Positions 49,337-61,498 of a stretch of 61,649 bases of DNA are shown here, piece after piece. The notes beneath the pieces are model-generated. The model ran no database searches. It was not told the DNA's origin and worked only from the letters and a program-made list of their open reading frames with translations. Where the stretch lies: contig MU005967.1 of NCBI GenBank assembly GCA_010093745.1, positions 310,001 to 371,649 on the forward strand, written 5' to 3'. Every line of letters begins with the position of its first letter. Position 1 is the first letter of the stretch. Position numbers and translations under genes: made by a program. Source of the DNA: Piedraia hortae CBS 480.64. Taxonomy: Eukaryota.

Positions 49337-50641
49337 CTAAGGTTGATCAGGTACAACGAGTTCTGCCGCTTTCCGCAGACGATTCATCACCGCGGCTGAT
49401 GTGTCGCCATCGCCATCGTCTATGCCTTCTACAACTATTGTTTCTACGCCTTCCTGATCCAACTGTCGAAGAGCTCCGAACATGCACTTTGCTATTTGCG
49501 TAGCGTCTGGTCCTATGAACATATCTAGGACGATTGTTCCGTTCAGTTCATGTCGTTCTATACTCTGGCCAATTATCTCCACCGACTGAAATGTGGTTAG
49601 CAAGCCCTCAATTCCAGGAGGAACAGGAGCTGGAGATGCGCAGCTTCGAGGTTTTGAACGCATGATGGTGGGTACCTGCGGGTTGTAGATAGGCGTCGGC
49701 CATCTTTGTGTTCGAATTATTCCAATCTTCCCATTCTCCCCAGGGACAAGGCGGTGTAATTCTTCTGTTGTTGGAGGTTCTCGACCCGGGCCGTAAAGTA
49801 CCACAGAAGCCTTAGGAGAGTAGTGGCGATATTTCATGCCCGGGGCTCTGGGACGACCTACAGGGACATTTCCGTACCCAATTTGCACATTAGACCAGCC
49901 TGGACATGTTCGAAGCTGGTCAATGCTGATGCCTCCAGGCCTGAGTACAACGGGAGGATCCGAAAGCCCATCCACCACAGTGCTTTCAACGCCCACATCA
50001 CATGGCCCACCATCAAGAATCGTTGAGATGCGGCCATCCAAGTCAAAAGCCACATGTTCGGCTGCTGTAGGGGATGGTTTGGTCGATGCATTTGCCGAAG
50101 GAGCGGCAACAGGCACATTTGCCAGTTTTATCAAAGCCAGAGCTAGAATGTGTCGAGGCATGCGAGCCCCAAACGTGTTGAGACCCGCTGTAACCTCGGG
50201 TGCTAGAATGGAATTGGAAGGATTTGGTAAGATTATCGTGAGTGGTCCTGGCCAAAACTGCTTGATGAGGGGGTGGTATATGGGAGGAATTGGATCTTCT
50301 TGGACTTCACCTTGGCCATGCGATAGGATAGTTCTTAGTTGTTGCAAAGAAGCCACATGCACAATCAAAGGGTTGTCCGTTGGTCTTTGTTTCGCACGAA
50401 AGATGTTCTTGATTGACTCTGGTCTGGACGCGTCTCCCCCGAGGCCATAAACGGTTTCTGTCGGAAATGCTACAGGCAAGTCAGAGCATCTGAGCTCTTT
50501 TGCTGCCCGTAGTAAATTTTGGCCGTCCGCTGAATCGCGGTCAATCGTGATTCCGAGATCGCTAAGCAGATCTTCAGGGTGCTTGATCGGGTACAGAGCC
50601 CCAATCTTGTGGGCATTCACCGGCAAAGTTGTTGTCTTCAT
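49337..50641 (-). CDS. SUA5: Threonylcarbamoyl-AMP synthase (YrdC + SUA5 domains)
   Basis: VAFPTETVYGLG, KQRPTDNPLIVH, APSAN, GVESTV, APGMKYRHYSP, AVMNRLRKAA. Start codon uncertain. Confidence 0.93.
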   Translation of the reverse strand: MKTTTLPVNAHKIGALYPIKHPEDLLSDLGITIDRDSADGQNLLRAAKELRCSDLPVAFPTETVYGLGGDASRPESIKNIFRAKQRPTDNPLIVHVASLQQLRTILSHGQGEVQEDPIPPIYHPLIKQFWPGPLTIILPNPSNSILAPEVTAGLNTFGARMPRHILALALIKLANVPVAAPSANASTKPSPTAAEHVAFDLDGRISTILDGGPCDVGVESTVVDGLSDPPVVLRPGGISIDQLRTCPGWSNVQIGYGNVPVGRPRAPGMKYRHYSPKASVVLYGPGREPPTTEELHRLVPGENGKIGIIRTQRWPTPIYNPQVPTIMRSKPRSCASPAPVPPGIEGLLTTFQSVEIIGQSIERHELNGTIVLDMFIGPDATQIAKCMFGALRQLDQEGVETIVVEGIDDGDGDTSAAVMNRLRKAAELVVPDQP

Positions 50642-50913
50642 CTTCGATGACAATTGATTCGACAAATATACAGTGCGAGGAAACATGGGCATGTGGTCGA
50701 ACCGACATACCTTTTTCGTGTGCCAAGCCTTATTCACGCAGTGTTGGACTTGGGCACAAGACACAAGCACACGCGGTCCAAACAATACCGAAAGCTACAA
50801 CCCACTTCCTAATGCTTCCTGAAATTGCCATCATTGCAAGTCTACAATACCGACGGCTCATTCGATTGCGCAAAATCATGTGGTATAATATGTACAATAC
50901 GTAGGAAAGAAAT

Positions 50914-52704
50914 CTAGTTTTCCCGCGAAACTTCTCTGACATTATGCTGCAATGCAACGAATTCCCTGGTTCCTACATGCTCCAAGCCTGTTCCTTCTTT
51001 TCCACGAGCTAGGGACGAAGCCACATCCCATGCCGTTCGAAGGCAGTCGTTGACACCCACGCCTTTTATCCAGTTGCCTGCAACCCGCAAACTATTATCG
51101 TATTCCCTCCACACATTGTCGTGTGCATCGCGTAGTCGTTTTTCGTGCCCAACAGTGTACTGTGGTATGCAATCTTTTTGAAGGTTGACCATGTACGCTT
51201 CAGGTTCTTCGGTGATGCCTAGTTGTCGCTTCAGAACCCGCCGCGCAAGATCCAAACCGTCTTTTTCGTCTGGATATGCGGATAACTTGTCCCACAAATG
51301 GCCACCAAGCATTACAGTTACCTTTGTGCCTGGCTGACTTTGATCATCTTGAAAACCTGGCCGACGAGGATTGTACCAGACAAAATTCTTGGTCTTGGCT
51401 GGCTGTACCTCCTTTGTCTGGCCAGGATCCTCCAATAGTACATCATCAGGGCTGGGTGAATACGCGCTGTCAAAGACCACCCCAAGGGCGTTTTCCGGGT
51501 TATTCTCGACCGGGACGCCTGTCGGTATCAGATATCCAAAACCGGGCGGATGAAGGTTTGGAGAACGAAAGTAAAGGTTGACTGTCATGACAGTAACCGA
51601 AGGTATAGGTGCGATAAGCGGTCGCCATTCCGGCGAGGGCCGATCAACGAGATTCAAGTTTGCGGGGGACAAGGAAGAAATTACATGGCCGTAAAGTTGA
51701 GGTGCATCTTGACCATTAGTCTTGACTGTGATGCCGCTTTGCATGGGATCGGGGGAGATTGATTCAACCGGCGTGGAAGTTTTGATCTCGACGCTGGGAT
51801 TTTGAGAGAGATGCTCCGCAAGCCTTTCGACAAGCATCGCCAGCCCGTCTTTGTAAGTGAAGATGGCAGTCTGCTTGATGGTCGCTTCTAGTCGAGGATC
51901 CCAAGGGTAGTCTTTCATCTGCTGCAAAAACTCTCCATCCACTTTGGAAATGGCTTCCTGACTGGACAGATGGTTAGAAAGCATTCCGCTACTGATGCTC
52001 CCAGATTCAACCTCATGCCGCCAGGGCATTGGAAACAGACTCTTCGCAGACAGCTGCCAAGGATCACCAGCGTATATTCCATGAATAACAGCGCTCAACA
52101 CTCGGTCGACTGCATCTTTACCCAGACGTCGGCTAAAAAATTCACCGACACTCTCGTCTTCTACGCCAGGAGGCCGAGGCTTGCGAGAGAATTCGGTCAA
52201 GGCAGACCACATGAGCTTTCTCAACACTGGCTCCTTGCCCAGGTCCTGGAATATAGCACGCATTCCTAGAGCACCATGTGGCATGCGCACAAGGTGGTCC
52301 GGATAATAAAGGTATCGGCTGCAGGCACCAGTTGAGTTTTTTTGCACGTAGATGCCATCTTCTGCCAAGCCCAGTTCTTGCGTCAACGACATGGCTAGAG
52401 AGCCGTTCATGCTAGGCCGAAGCGTACGAGGGCCAGCTTCGAAGAGAACATGGCCACCCTTGACCGGAACTCGTTGTGAACGAATCCATCCACCCAAGCG
52501 AGGGGATGACTCGTACAATGTGATATGTGCACTCGGAAGCCATTTCGAAAGATAGTAAGCACTTGCGAGGCCAGTGATGCCGCCCCCGAGGACAGCAACG
52601 TTCAACGAAGAGTTTGAGCTCATGCACCGACTGCCAATAATGGAGGTGGAGCTGGGTAATCTACGGCGGAAAAGTGAGGCTGAACTCCCTGCCACACGTT
52701 CCAT
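50914..52704 (-). CDS. HEM14: Protoporphyrinogen oxidase
   Basis: VAVLGGGITGL FAD motif, FEAGPRTLR, HGIYAGD, GFGYLIP, CIPQYTVGH, GVGVNDC. Confidence 0.94.
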   Translation of the reverse strand: MERVAGSSASLFRRRLPSSTSIIGSRCMSSNSSLNVAVLGGGITGLASAYYLSKWLPSAHITLYESSPRLGGWIRSQRVPVKGGHVLFEAGPRTLRPSMNGSLAMSLTQELGLAEDGIYVQKNSTGACSRYLYYPDHLVRMPHGALGMRAIFQDLGKEPVLRKLMWSALTEFSRKPRPPGVEDESVGEFFSRRLGKDAVDRVLSAVIHGIYAGDPWQLSAKSLFPMPWRHEVESGSISSGMLSNHLSSQEAISKVDGEFLQQMKDYPWDPRLEATIKQTAIFTYKDGLAMLVERLAEHLSQNPSVEIKTSTPVESISPDPMQSGITVKTNGQDAPQLYGHVISSLSPANLNLVDRPSPEWRPLIAPIPSVTVMTVNLYFRSPNLHPPGFGYLIPTGVPVENNPENALGVVFDSAYSPSPDDVLLEDPGQTKEVQPAKTKNFVWYNPRRPGFQDDQSQPGTKVTVMLGGHLWDKLSAYPDEKDGLDLARRVLKRQLGITEEPEAYMVNLQKDCIPQYTVGHEKRLRDAHDNVWREYDNSLRVAGNWIKGVGVNDCLRTAWDVASSLARGKEGTGLEHVGTREFVALQHNVREVSREN

Positions 52705-52848
52705 TGACAGGCGGTTTGTTGGTGGTGGACATGCGGTGACGCAAGCATGCTAGGCCCATTAGGGTTAGTTTTTGCTGTCGCCGCATGCGACTCTTGGGTA
52801 TTATTGGCAACAAAGTTGTTGCGCATTGGCGCATTCGACAATCCTGCA

Positions 52849-54669
52849 ATGGAGACTCACGGAAGCCTGCGCTATCAGGCGTCGCAAAACAGAGGCCTGC
52901 CGCTAAGGGTTTTGTCGCTCGACGGCGGCGGCGTGCGAGGCTACTCGATGCTCGTAATACTCCAAGAATTGATGCACCGAACGTTTGTCGAGCTGGAGGG
53001 CCGGGCCCCCAGGCGCCATGAGATACCCAAACCTTGCGACCACTTTGACTTGATTGTCGGCACTGGTACGGGGGGGCTGATTGCGCTGATGCTTGGCCGT
53101 ATGCGGATGGATTTGGACACTTGCAAAGACTGCTGGGCGCGGATGACGCGGAGGGTGTTTGAGACGGACAAAACGTTTGCCGGGATCCCCTACAAGAGCA
53201 CCATGTTCAAGGCGAGTAAGCTCGAGGAGGCCATTCGAGACGCTCTTAGGGACCATACAGGACCCGAGGCCGACAGGGTGTCGCTGGAAATGGCTACCAG
53301 ACCAACAAGCCCAGGCTCGCAGGTATCGCCGCAAAGGTCGCCCAGCCAAAGTAGCCGTTATAGCCAATTAGGCGTGTCTCCCGTGGCTCCTCGCGGCTAC
53401 GGCGGCTACTTCCGCCCCGGAAACCCCAATGCGCTGCTGTATGACGCTCGGGAATACCGAACGAAGACTGCCGTGGCTGCCGTGATGAAGGGAACGACGC
53501 AGACGGTACTTTTGCGGTCATACGACGCACGCAAAGAGCCGGCTCCAGACGTCAACTGCACCATATGGCAGGCCGGGCGCGCAACGGCGGCGACGGGAAT
53601 GGCGTTTAAACCGATCAAAATCGGCCAGACGTGGTACTTGGATGAGGGAGCGGGCAAGTTCAATCCCTCGCCTTTGGCACTGGACGAGGCGGAAAACGAA
53701 TGGCCCGGGCGAGAAATTGGCGTTTTCGTCTCCATTGGAACCGGCAAGCGACCGGCCGTGACCAATACGCAATCGCACGAGTGGTGGGAGAATCTCTTCG
53801 GCGGAACCATGGGCGATTTTGCTGAAGCTCGGCGGCGGCTGATCTTAAAAATGGAGGGCTGCGAAGAAACGCACCAGTTTATGATCAGGGATTATCTGAC
53901 GCAGCGAAGGGTGTCGCTGGACAACTACTATCGGTTCAACGTCGAGATTGGCGTTGGGGAGTTTGGGATGAACGAATGGCACAGACTGAGTGAAATCAGC
54001 ACGCACACACGGCTGTACTTGGCAAACGCCGATGTTGAATCCCTCACGCTGAGTGCGGCAGCAAAGCTGGCGCAAATAAATGACACTCGGACCATGTCTC
54101 TAAGGATGGGTGCAAGGCCCAGGCAAGGCTCCGAGGCTCCGGCCTTTTGCCCGCCCGCAAACCCCACCGCCATTGAGCTGCCCGGCGATGAGGCGTTTTT
54201 GCAGAATTCCAGCGCCAGGCCAAGCGTTGACGGACGCTCGTTTGTCAGCTCTAGGGGCAACAGTCCTCCCAACCGTCAATCCTCTCATTACTATCCAAAC
54301 GCACCACAGCCAGATTGGAACTCCCCGTCTTCACCAGGGGCTAGAAGATCGAGCCTGAGAACATATTCCAAGAGCATCCATGGCGATACGGCACCTCCGC
54401 CTCCGCCCAAGGTACCCCCGCCTTACCCTGACCGACCTGCCCACCATACCGTCTCCACTTACCCGCATTACCCTACGAACCCAGCGCTTTCCACCCATGT
54501 GGCTCCAGCAAACGCGAGTCACGCATCTCCAATGAGCCCCGCGCGTTCCCACCAGTACCACCCGGCATATGGAGGCGCAGGGCCGTTGACGGACGGCAGA
54601 CGACTGCCATATCCGGATGTTACCGGGCCGCCACCTGTCATAAACATGAATAATAAACCTAACCTGTGA
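52849..54669 (+). CDS. Patatin-like phospholipase-domain protein with atypical catalytic motifs and a Pro-rich tail
   Basis: LSLDGGGVRG, FDLIVGTGTGG, IWQAGRATAA, DEG, SIGTG, YYRFNV. Confidence 0.88.
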   Translation: METHGSLRYQASQNRGLPLRVLSLDGGGVRGYSMLVILQELMHRTFVELEGRAPRRHEIPKPCDHFDLIVGTGTGGLIALMLGRMRMDLDTCKDCWARMTRRVFETDKTFAGIPYKSTMFKASKLEEAIRDALRDHTGPEADRVSLEMATRPTSPGSQVSPQRSPSQSSRYSQLGVSPVAPRGYGGYFRPGNPNALLYDAREYRTKTAVAAVMKGTTQTVLLRSYDARKEPAPDVNCTIWQAGRATAATGMAFKPIKIGQTWYLDEGAGKFNPSPLALDEAENEWPGREIGVFVSIGTGKRPAVTNTQSHEWWENLFGGTMGDFAEARRRLILKMEGCEETHQFMIRDYLTQRRVSLDNYYRFNVEIGVGEFGMNEWHRLSEISTHTRLYLANADVESLTLSAAAKLAQINDTRTMSLRMGARPRQGSEAPAFCPPANPTAIELPGDEAFLQNSSARPSVDGRSFVSSRGNSPPNRQSSHYYPNAPQPDWNSPSSPGARRSSLRTYSKSIHGDTAPPPPPKVPPPYPDRPAHHTVSTYPHYPTNPALSTHVAPANASHASPMSPARSHQYHPAYGGAGPLTDGRRLPYPDVTGPPPVINMNNKPNL

Positions 54670-55262
54670 GCAAGCGGTTGGAGCACCAGCAGGAACTGTG
54701 GGCGGTAAATCTTAAATGTTTTTGATAAACCGGTCGCAATCGGGCCGTGAAGCCACAAGCGGCATCTGTAACCTGTAGGTCATGGTGCAGCTATGCCTTT
54801 TTGACAGGCGGGGTGCTGGACGTCATGGTGAGGTTGAGTCACCAGCGGCATCTGTCACCCGTAGGCCATGGACGGCCACAGTACCATGGCTCCGATGATG
54901 GTGTCAAAGCCACGGGTTTGTGACGTTGCGTGGGAGGCGAGGTGCGGGCGGGGGAGGCGCCAAGACATCGGAGCAGCTCGTGCATTCTCGTGGGGGTGGC
55001 CGACCACCACCGGGCTCTCCGCTACCTATAGCTGCACCATGAGCGCGGCTGCAGTCTGTGTTAGCAAGCCGATCCAACAGCATCTAGACCCTCGAGTCAC
55101 TGCCATCGCAAAAATTGCGACGGCCTCCGTAGCTGTCTGAAACATTCTTCCACCGTAGCCGTCTACATTCAGCATAGGTCTGTGTCGCGGGGGAAGATAT
55201 GCTGTAAGGCTGGCCGACAGCCGTTCCATGGCATAATTTACTGTCAGTGTTTGCAGCGCAGC

Positions 55263-58200
55263 ATGATGATTCGCAACGCAAGTAGCGATGGCAGGAAAGA
55301 GCTCGGAAGCGGCCTCGACGGCCTCGGAGTGGAGAATAAGACAATGCGATTGCAGTACGAGTCTACTCGGCCATGGCAGAATCCTGCTGACGGATACAGA
55401 CTTGATGGTGACGCCTCCCGTGCCGACAGGATCATGTCCGACAACGACAGCATTGCGCCGTGGGCCCACGACGACGTGGCCCCCCACCAGCTACCAAACC
55501 GCCACTACGAGCTCTCACCGCGCCCGGCCGCCTTTGTGCAGCCGCCTACGGGCACGCACGACGGCAGCTTCTTCAGCAGCGGCGCATCGTCGAACCAGTC
55601 CAGCGACAACCTCAGCCAGATCTCTCCAGGCTACGCGCCAGGCGAAGCGTCGCCATTCCGAGACGCTGAGCGGCGGCCGTCAGTCGCGTCGGCGACGTCG
55701 GCTGGCTCCAGGCCGTCGATGACAAACCGGACAAAGCGGCGGCTGCGCGGATTCTTCGGCGAGGACGCACAGTCGCAGCCGCATGAGGCAGGAGCGATGC
55801 GGAACAACTCGGTAGGCGGGCCGGTATTGCACCATTTTGCCGAAGGCCGTAACCGCAATAACAGCCTCAACGATGGCCGCCGTAACAACAGCCTCAACGA
55901 TAGCCTCTCGCTGACAAGCACGGCGTTAAGCGGGCCCCGCATGGGCAACGACGTCTCACAGTGGACGTCTCCCGACTCCGAGGTGGGCGAGATGGGATAT
56001 GGTGGACGATCTTTGGCGCTGACGCAAGAACAGGAGCGGCCGTCGACCTCGTACATGCCTGGCCAGGCAAGTAGCCGCAACCCAAACCGTCATCACCGCA
56101 TCCATCTCAATCGCAGCGGCGAAGATGACTCCAAAGGACGAGCCTCAAGCCCGGCGCCAAGCACCCGCAGCCTGCTCAGCACTGCTAGCGCGCAGACGCA
56201 GAACCAGCGTGGGACAGGCAATGCACCGCCACCCAAGAGAAGCATGCTCGATCGGCTGACGGGGCGGCACAAGCACGAAGGCGGAACTCTGAGTGCAAAG
56301 GTCTCGACATCAACGCTTACCCGGGAAAAGACTCGGGACGATAGCAAGTTGATTAGCAAAAGTGCGCTTCCGCCCCGGAAGGAATCCAGAATACCCTTCA
56401 AAAGATTGGCCGACTCTAAAGCCAAGGATACTAATGCTCAGACAGCTGATGACACCCAATCATTGTTCCAACTGGACACGGATATGTCCCGGCTGGAGGG
56501 CATCGTGGACCAGCGGGCTCCCATGTCAGTTGCCGGCCAGAGCACGGCGAGCGAGCGTAATCCCTCATTGCCACAGCATAGCGACAACGGCATGTGGGAC
56601 GCTCCAGACTCATGGGCTGTTCGGAAGATGACGGAGAGCAAACCTGAGGACAGTAATTCGCCCGGAGACGTGGACCCTGGCCGCAACTACTATGTCCGCA
56701 TTTTCCGCGCAGACTCTACCTTTGCCGTCATATGCGCAGCGCTGAACACGACGGCAGCCGAGCTGATTGTCATGATGGCCAAGAAGACGTACTTGCAGGA
56801 CGATTTGGACCATTATCAGCTGGTGATGCGCATGCAAAACAGCAGTCGTCAACTGGCGCCGGGAGAGCGGCCGCTTGTAATACAGAAGAAGCTGCTGGAG
56901 CTTGCTGGATACCAGCCAAACGATGGACTCGACGACCTCGGTAGGGAAGACCATGGCTATCTCTGCCGCTTCACCTTCATGACGTCTAGGCTCGGCGGGT
57001 TTAGCAGCCTCGAGCGCGATCCGGCGTTCAACAAGCTGCAGCAGTTTACCCATGTCGACCTCTCCAAGCGAGATCTCATCACCATCCCCATCACGCTGTA
57101 CCAAAAAGCCACCGAGATTATTGCTCTGAACCTCTCGCGCAATCTGACCCTGGATGTCCCTAAAGACTTTATCCAGAGCTGCACAACTTTGCACGAAATC
57201 CGCTACGCCAGCAACGAGGCCCGCAAGGTGCCGGTAAGCATCACCGAAGCGTCAAACCTGACCACGTTGGATTTGAGCAATAATCGGCTGCAGGACCTGG
57301 ACCAGGATGCACTGTGGAAGCTCGCCGAGTTGATCAGCCTAAAGCTGAGCAACAACAAACTGTCAAGCATCCCAATGTACTTTGGCCAGTTTCGCAACCT
57401 GAGAAGTCTAAACATCAGCTCCAACGGCCTGACCGAGTTTCCAAAAGCGCTCAAGGACGTGCAAACGCTGGTCGACGTCGACGTGTCGTTCAACGCCATT
57501 ACCAAGATTGAAGGCGTTGGAATGCTTACGAAGCTGGAGCGCCTGTGGGCCACCAACAATAGGCTATCTGGCCCACTCGACGAATCGTTTAGCCAGTTGG
57601 CCAGTCTTCGGGAAATTGACGCCCGTTTCAATTCCATCACCAACATTAGCGTAGTCAGCGATATGCCTTGTCTCGAGATGATTATGATGGGCCACAATAG
57701 CATCAGTCAATTTGTCGGCAGCTTTGCGCGGCTCAAGTACCTGTTCCTGAACCACAATCCCGTCACCAGCTTCGACCTCAGCGCTCCAGCCCCGACGCTC
57801 ACGACGATGAACATTGCCAGTGCAAAGCTCTCGCAGCTGCCAGACTCTTTATTTTCCAAACTATCGGGTCTGAAGAGACTGACGCTGGCCAAGAACCATT
57901 TCGTCAACCTGAGTCCGCAGCTTGGCCAAGCAAGGCAGCTTGAGTACTTGAGCGTTGCCAAGAACGACCTTAATCGATTGCCGGCTGAACTTGGCAAGCT
58001 GTCGGAGCTGAAGTACCTTGACGTTCGCGAAAACAATCTCGAAAGCCTTCCACGAGAGATTTGGCACGCCAAGCAACTCGAGACGCTCAATGTCTCGTCC
58101 AACGTCTTGACGGGATTCCCCAAGCCTGGTCCCCCCCCTCCGCAGCCTTCTTCTCAGACACTGGTACCAGGGATCAGCCGGAGCCCAAGTTTCGACGAGC

Positions 58201-61137
58201 TGGGGAAGCTGGAAGACTATCAGCTACGCCGTCCCAGCCAAGCCTCGTCGTCTCCGTCCACAATGTCCCGCAAGGGCTCGGTGGCTTCGAGTCGGACCAA
58301 CATCGTCGGAAGCGCTGCCAGCACCACTGGCACCATCACGCCAACCAGCAGAAAGGACTCGATGCTCAGCAGCAGGCTCGCGAGCACGTTCGCTTCGTCG
58401 CTAAAGCACCTCTTCCTAGCCGATAACCGACTTGATGCCGATGTTTTTGGCGAGTTGGTGTTATTGCCCGAGCTGCGCGTTCTGAACCTCAGCTATAACA
58501 ATTTGCTGGATGTACCCCCTCGGACTATCAGGAGGTGGCCTCATTTGACAGAGCTTTACCTGAGCGGGAACGACTTGACGAGCTTGCCGTCCGAAGATTT
58601 GGATGAAGGTAGTAGCCTCAAGGTGCTGCATATCAATAACAACAAGTTTCAGACCCTACCCGCCGAACTGGGCAAGGTGCCAAAGCTGGCGATTCTGGAC
58701 GTGGGAAACAATACTCTTAAATACAATGTCTCCAATTGGCCGTATGACTGGAACTGGAACTGGAACCACCAGCTTCGATACCTTAACATGTCTGGCAATA
58801 AGCGGCTGGAAATCAAGCCTAGTCAACATGGCATGGCTGGCAGAGATCTTGCCGACTTTACTGGGCTGCTCAACCTGCGCATGCTCGGCCTGATGGACGT
58901 TACGCTCACCATTCCTTCTGTTCCGGACCAAGGTCCAGACCGACGGGTGAGGACCGTAGGGTCGACAATTGGCACGGCCATGCCCTATGGTATGGCCGAC
59001 ACACTGGGCCGCAACGAACATCTTTCAACCTTGGATCTAGTCGTGCCGCGCTTTCGGGGACACGAATCCGATACGCTTATTGGGCTCTTTGACGGCGAAT
59101 CGCTCCCTTCGGGTGGCAGCCGAATCGCAAAGTACCTCCACGATCAGTTCAAAGTCTACTTTGGCGACGAGTTGGACCGACTTAAGGGCGATGACACCCC
59201 CGCTGACGCGCTGCGTAGAACCTATCTGGCAATGAACAAGGAATTGGCCACTGTTGCCTCGCAGGCGATTGATGCCCGCGAGCATCCCAGCAGTGCACTG
59301 GTCCATCGTGGCAACCTAAGTGGGCCAACCCTGGAGGACGAAGATCTGCACTCTGGCTGCGTTGCCACAGTCATGTACCTGCACAAAATGCAGCTTTATA
59401 TGAGCAACGTTGGGGACGCGCAGGCCATTCTCATCCACTCCGAGGGTGGACACCGGTTAGTAACGCGTAAACACGATCCAGCCGAAACAAGCGAAAGGAC
59501 ACGCATTCGCGAAGCCGGGGGATTCGTGTCTAGGCAAGGAAAGCTCAACGACGTTCTGCCTGTTTCACGAGCGTTTGGCTACGTGCAACAGATTCCTTGT
59601 GTTTGCGCCGCTCCCCACGTGAGCAGAGTAGATCTTCAACCCGGCGACGAAATGATTCTCTTGGCCAGCCGGGAGCTTTGGGAGTACCTGACTTTTGATT
59701 TTGCAGTTGACGTGGCTCGATCAGAACGCCACGACCTCATGCAAGCCGCCCAGAAGCTGAGGGATCTTGCCATTGCCTTTGGGGCAACCGACAAGATCAT
59801 GGTCATGCTCGTCGGCGTCGCCGATCTACAAAAGGGACAGCAGCAAGCAACAAAGACGGGTAACAATGAAGACTACTTTAACGTGTATCGCAAACCCAGA
59901 AAAGGCCGAGATGCACCGAATGATTCGAAGCTGGCGCGGCTAGACCAAGAAGTCGAGGCACCAACGGGAAACGTCACTTTGGTATTCACGGACATCAAAA
60001 GCAGCACGATCCTGTGGGAGACATATCCCGTTGCCATGCAAAGCGCAATTAAGATGCACAACGAAGTCATGCGTCGTCATTTGCGCATCATCGGCGGTTA
60101 TGAGGTCAAAACGGAAGGCGACGCGTTCATGGTTGCCTTTCCCTCATGTACCAGTGCACTGCTTTGGTGTTTCACTATTCAGAGCCAACTATTACATGTT
60201 CCGTGGCCACAGGAGATTTTGAACAGCGTGCACGGCGAGGAAATGTCGGATGCCGATGGTAACACCATTTTCCGAGGTCTCAGCGTTCGCATGGGCATAC
60301 ACTGGGGCCGTCCAGTGTGCGAAATCGATCCCGTGACCAAACGTATGGACTACTTTGGGCCCATGGTGAATCGAGCCGCTCGGATCGAAAGCGTTGCCGA
60401 TGGTGGTCAGATCTGTGTCTCCGCTGACTTTATACAAGAGATTCAAAGGATGATGGTGAACAACGATGAGGCCGAACCATTTGATGCAGAAGCTGAAGAT
60501 CCCACGGTCGCGGGCGTCAAGCGCGAAATTCGCTCATTGAGCAGCCAAGGGTTTGAAGTAAAAGACCTAGGCCAACGCACACTCAAAGGACTCGAGAACC
60601 CAGAGTACATTTTCCTCATGTACCCACACGCGCTCGCTGGACGCCTCGTAGTGCAGCAACAAAAGGCCGAAGCTGAAACTCGAGCCAGCTCTCAAGACGA
60701 ACGACTCAACGCTCTTAATCGGCTTGCAATCGACACGGAAGACGTATGGGATTTGTGGAGCGTTAGCTTACGTCTGGAGATGTTATGCAGCACTTTGGAA
60801 AGCACGGGTATTACAAACTTGAAGCCACCGGAAACGGCGATGCTGGAGCGGATGAAGCAAAGGGGGGGTGAAGTAACAGACCGCTTCATGATCAACTTTG
60901 TGGAACATCAGATCAGCCGCATCGAGGTATGTTGCTGTTTAACGGGTTAATGGAATTTGCTGACGTCATCAGTCGTGCACCACCACGCTTTCGGTACGAA
61001 ATATGGTACGCCCGTTCCGTGATGGTATGCTTGATCAGGCAGGACCCATGGCGGACATCCTCACGGAGCTGGCGAGTCAGTTGGCCGAATTAAAAGCCAT
61101 AAGAGCAGACATGGACTTCCCAGTGGCACCGGCGTAG
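55263..61137 (+). CDS. CYR1: Adenylate cyclase (Ras-association, LRR, PP2C-like and catalytic domains); intron 60927-60972, possible in-frame intron 55983-56033
   Basis: VRIFRADSTF, LRR array, WPYDWNWNWN, PP2C-like region, VFTDIKSST, EVKTEGDAFM, DYFGPMVNRAAR. Start codon uncertain. Confidence 0.96.
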
Positions 61138-61275
61138 CGGCCGCTACTAAATATGACTTCACGCGGACACGAATTGTTTTTAACTGGTGGGCGTTTGTGT
61201 AACTATTTTGAATCTTGTAAACTACAAGGATGGCAGTTCGACTTCACCCATGGCATAAGCTCACTCTTTGGACGT

Positions 61276-61498
61276 CTAGCCCAATTGAGCAATGGGCATA
61301 CGACATATGCCCTGCCTAGCCCAATGAGCAATGGGCATAGGGCGTATGCCCATTGACCGGCACAAAAAGGCCTAAAATGACATCCCACAATGTTCTAGAG
61401 ACGTGTAGAGTAGGTTAGAGTGGTTTTCTAAGAGGTCGATTTTGGTGAGGGGGGAAGAGCGTATGCCCATTGACGTTGTACCCCGTATGCCCATTGAC
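61276..61498. repeat. Cluster of direct and inverted CAATGGGCATA/TATGCCCATTGAC motifs
   Basis: CAATGGGCATA at 61290 and 61329; reverse complement TATGCCCATTGAC at 61345, 61462 and 61486; CTAGCCCAAT(T)GAGC is duplicated. Confidence 0.75.
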
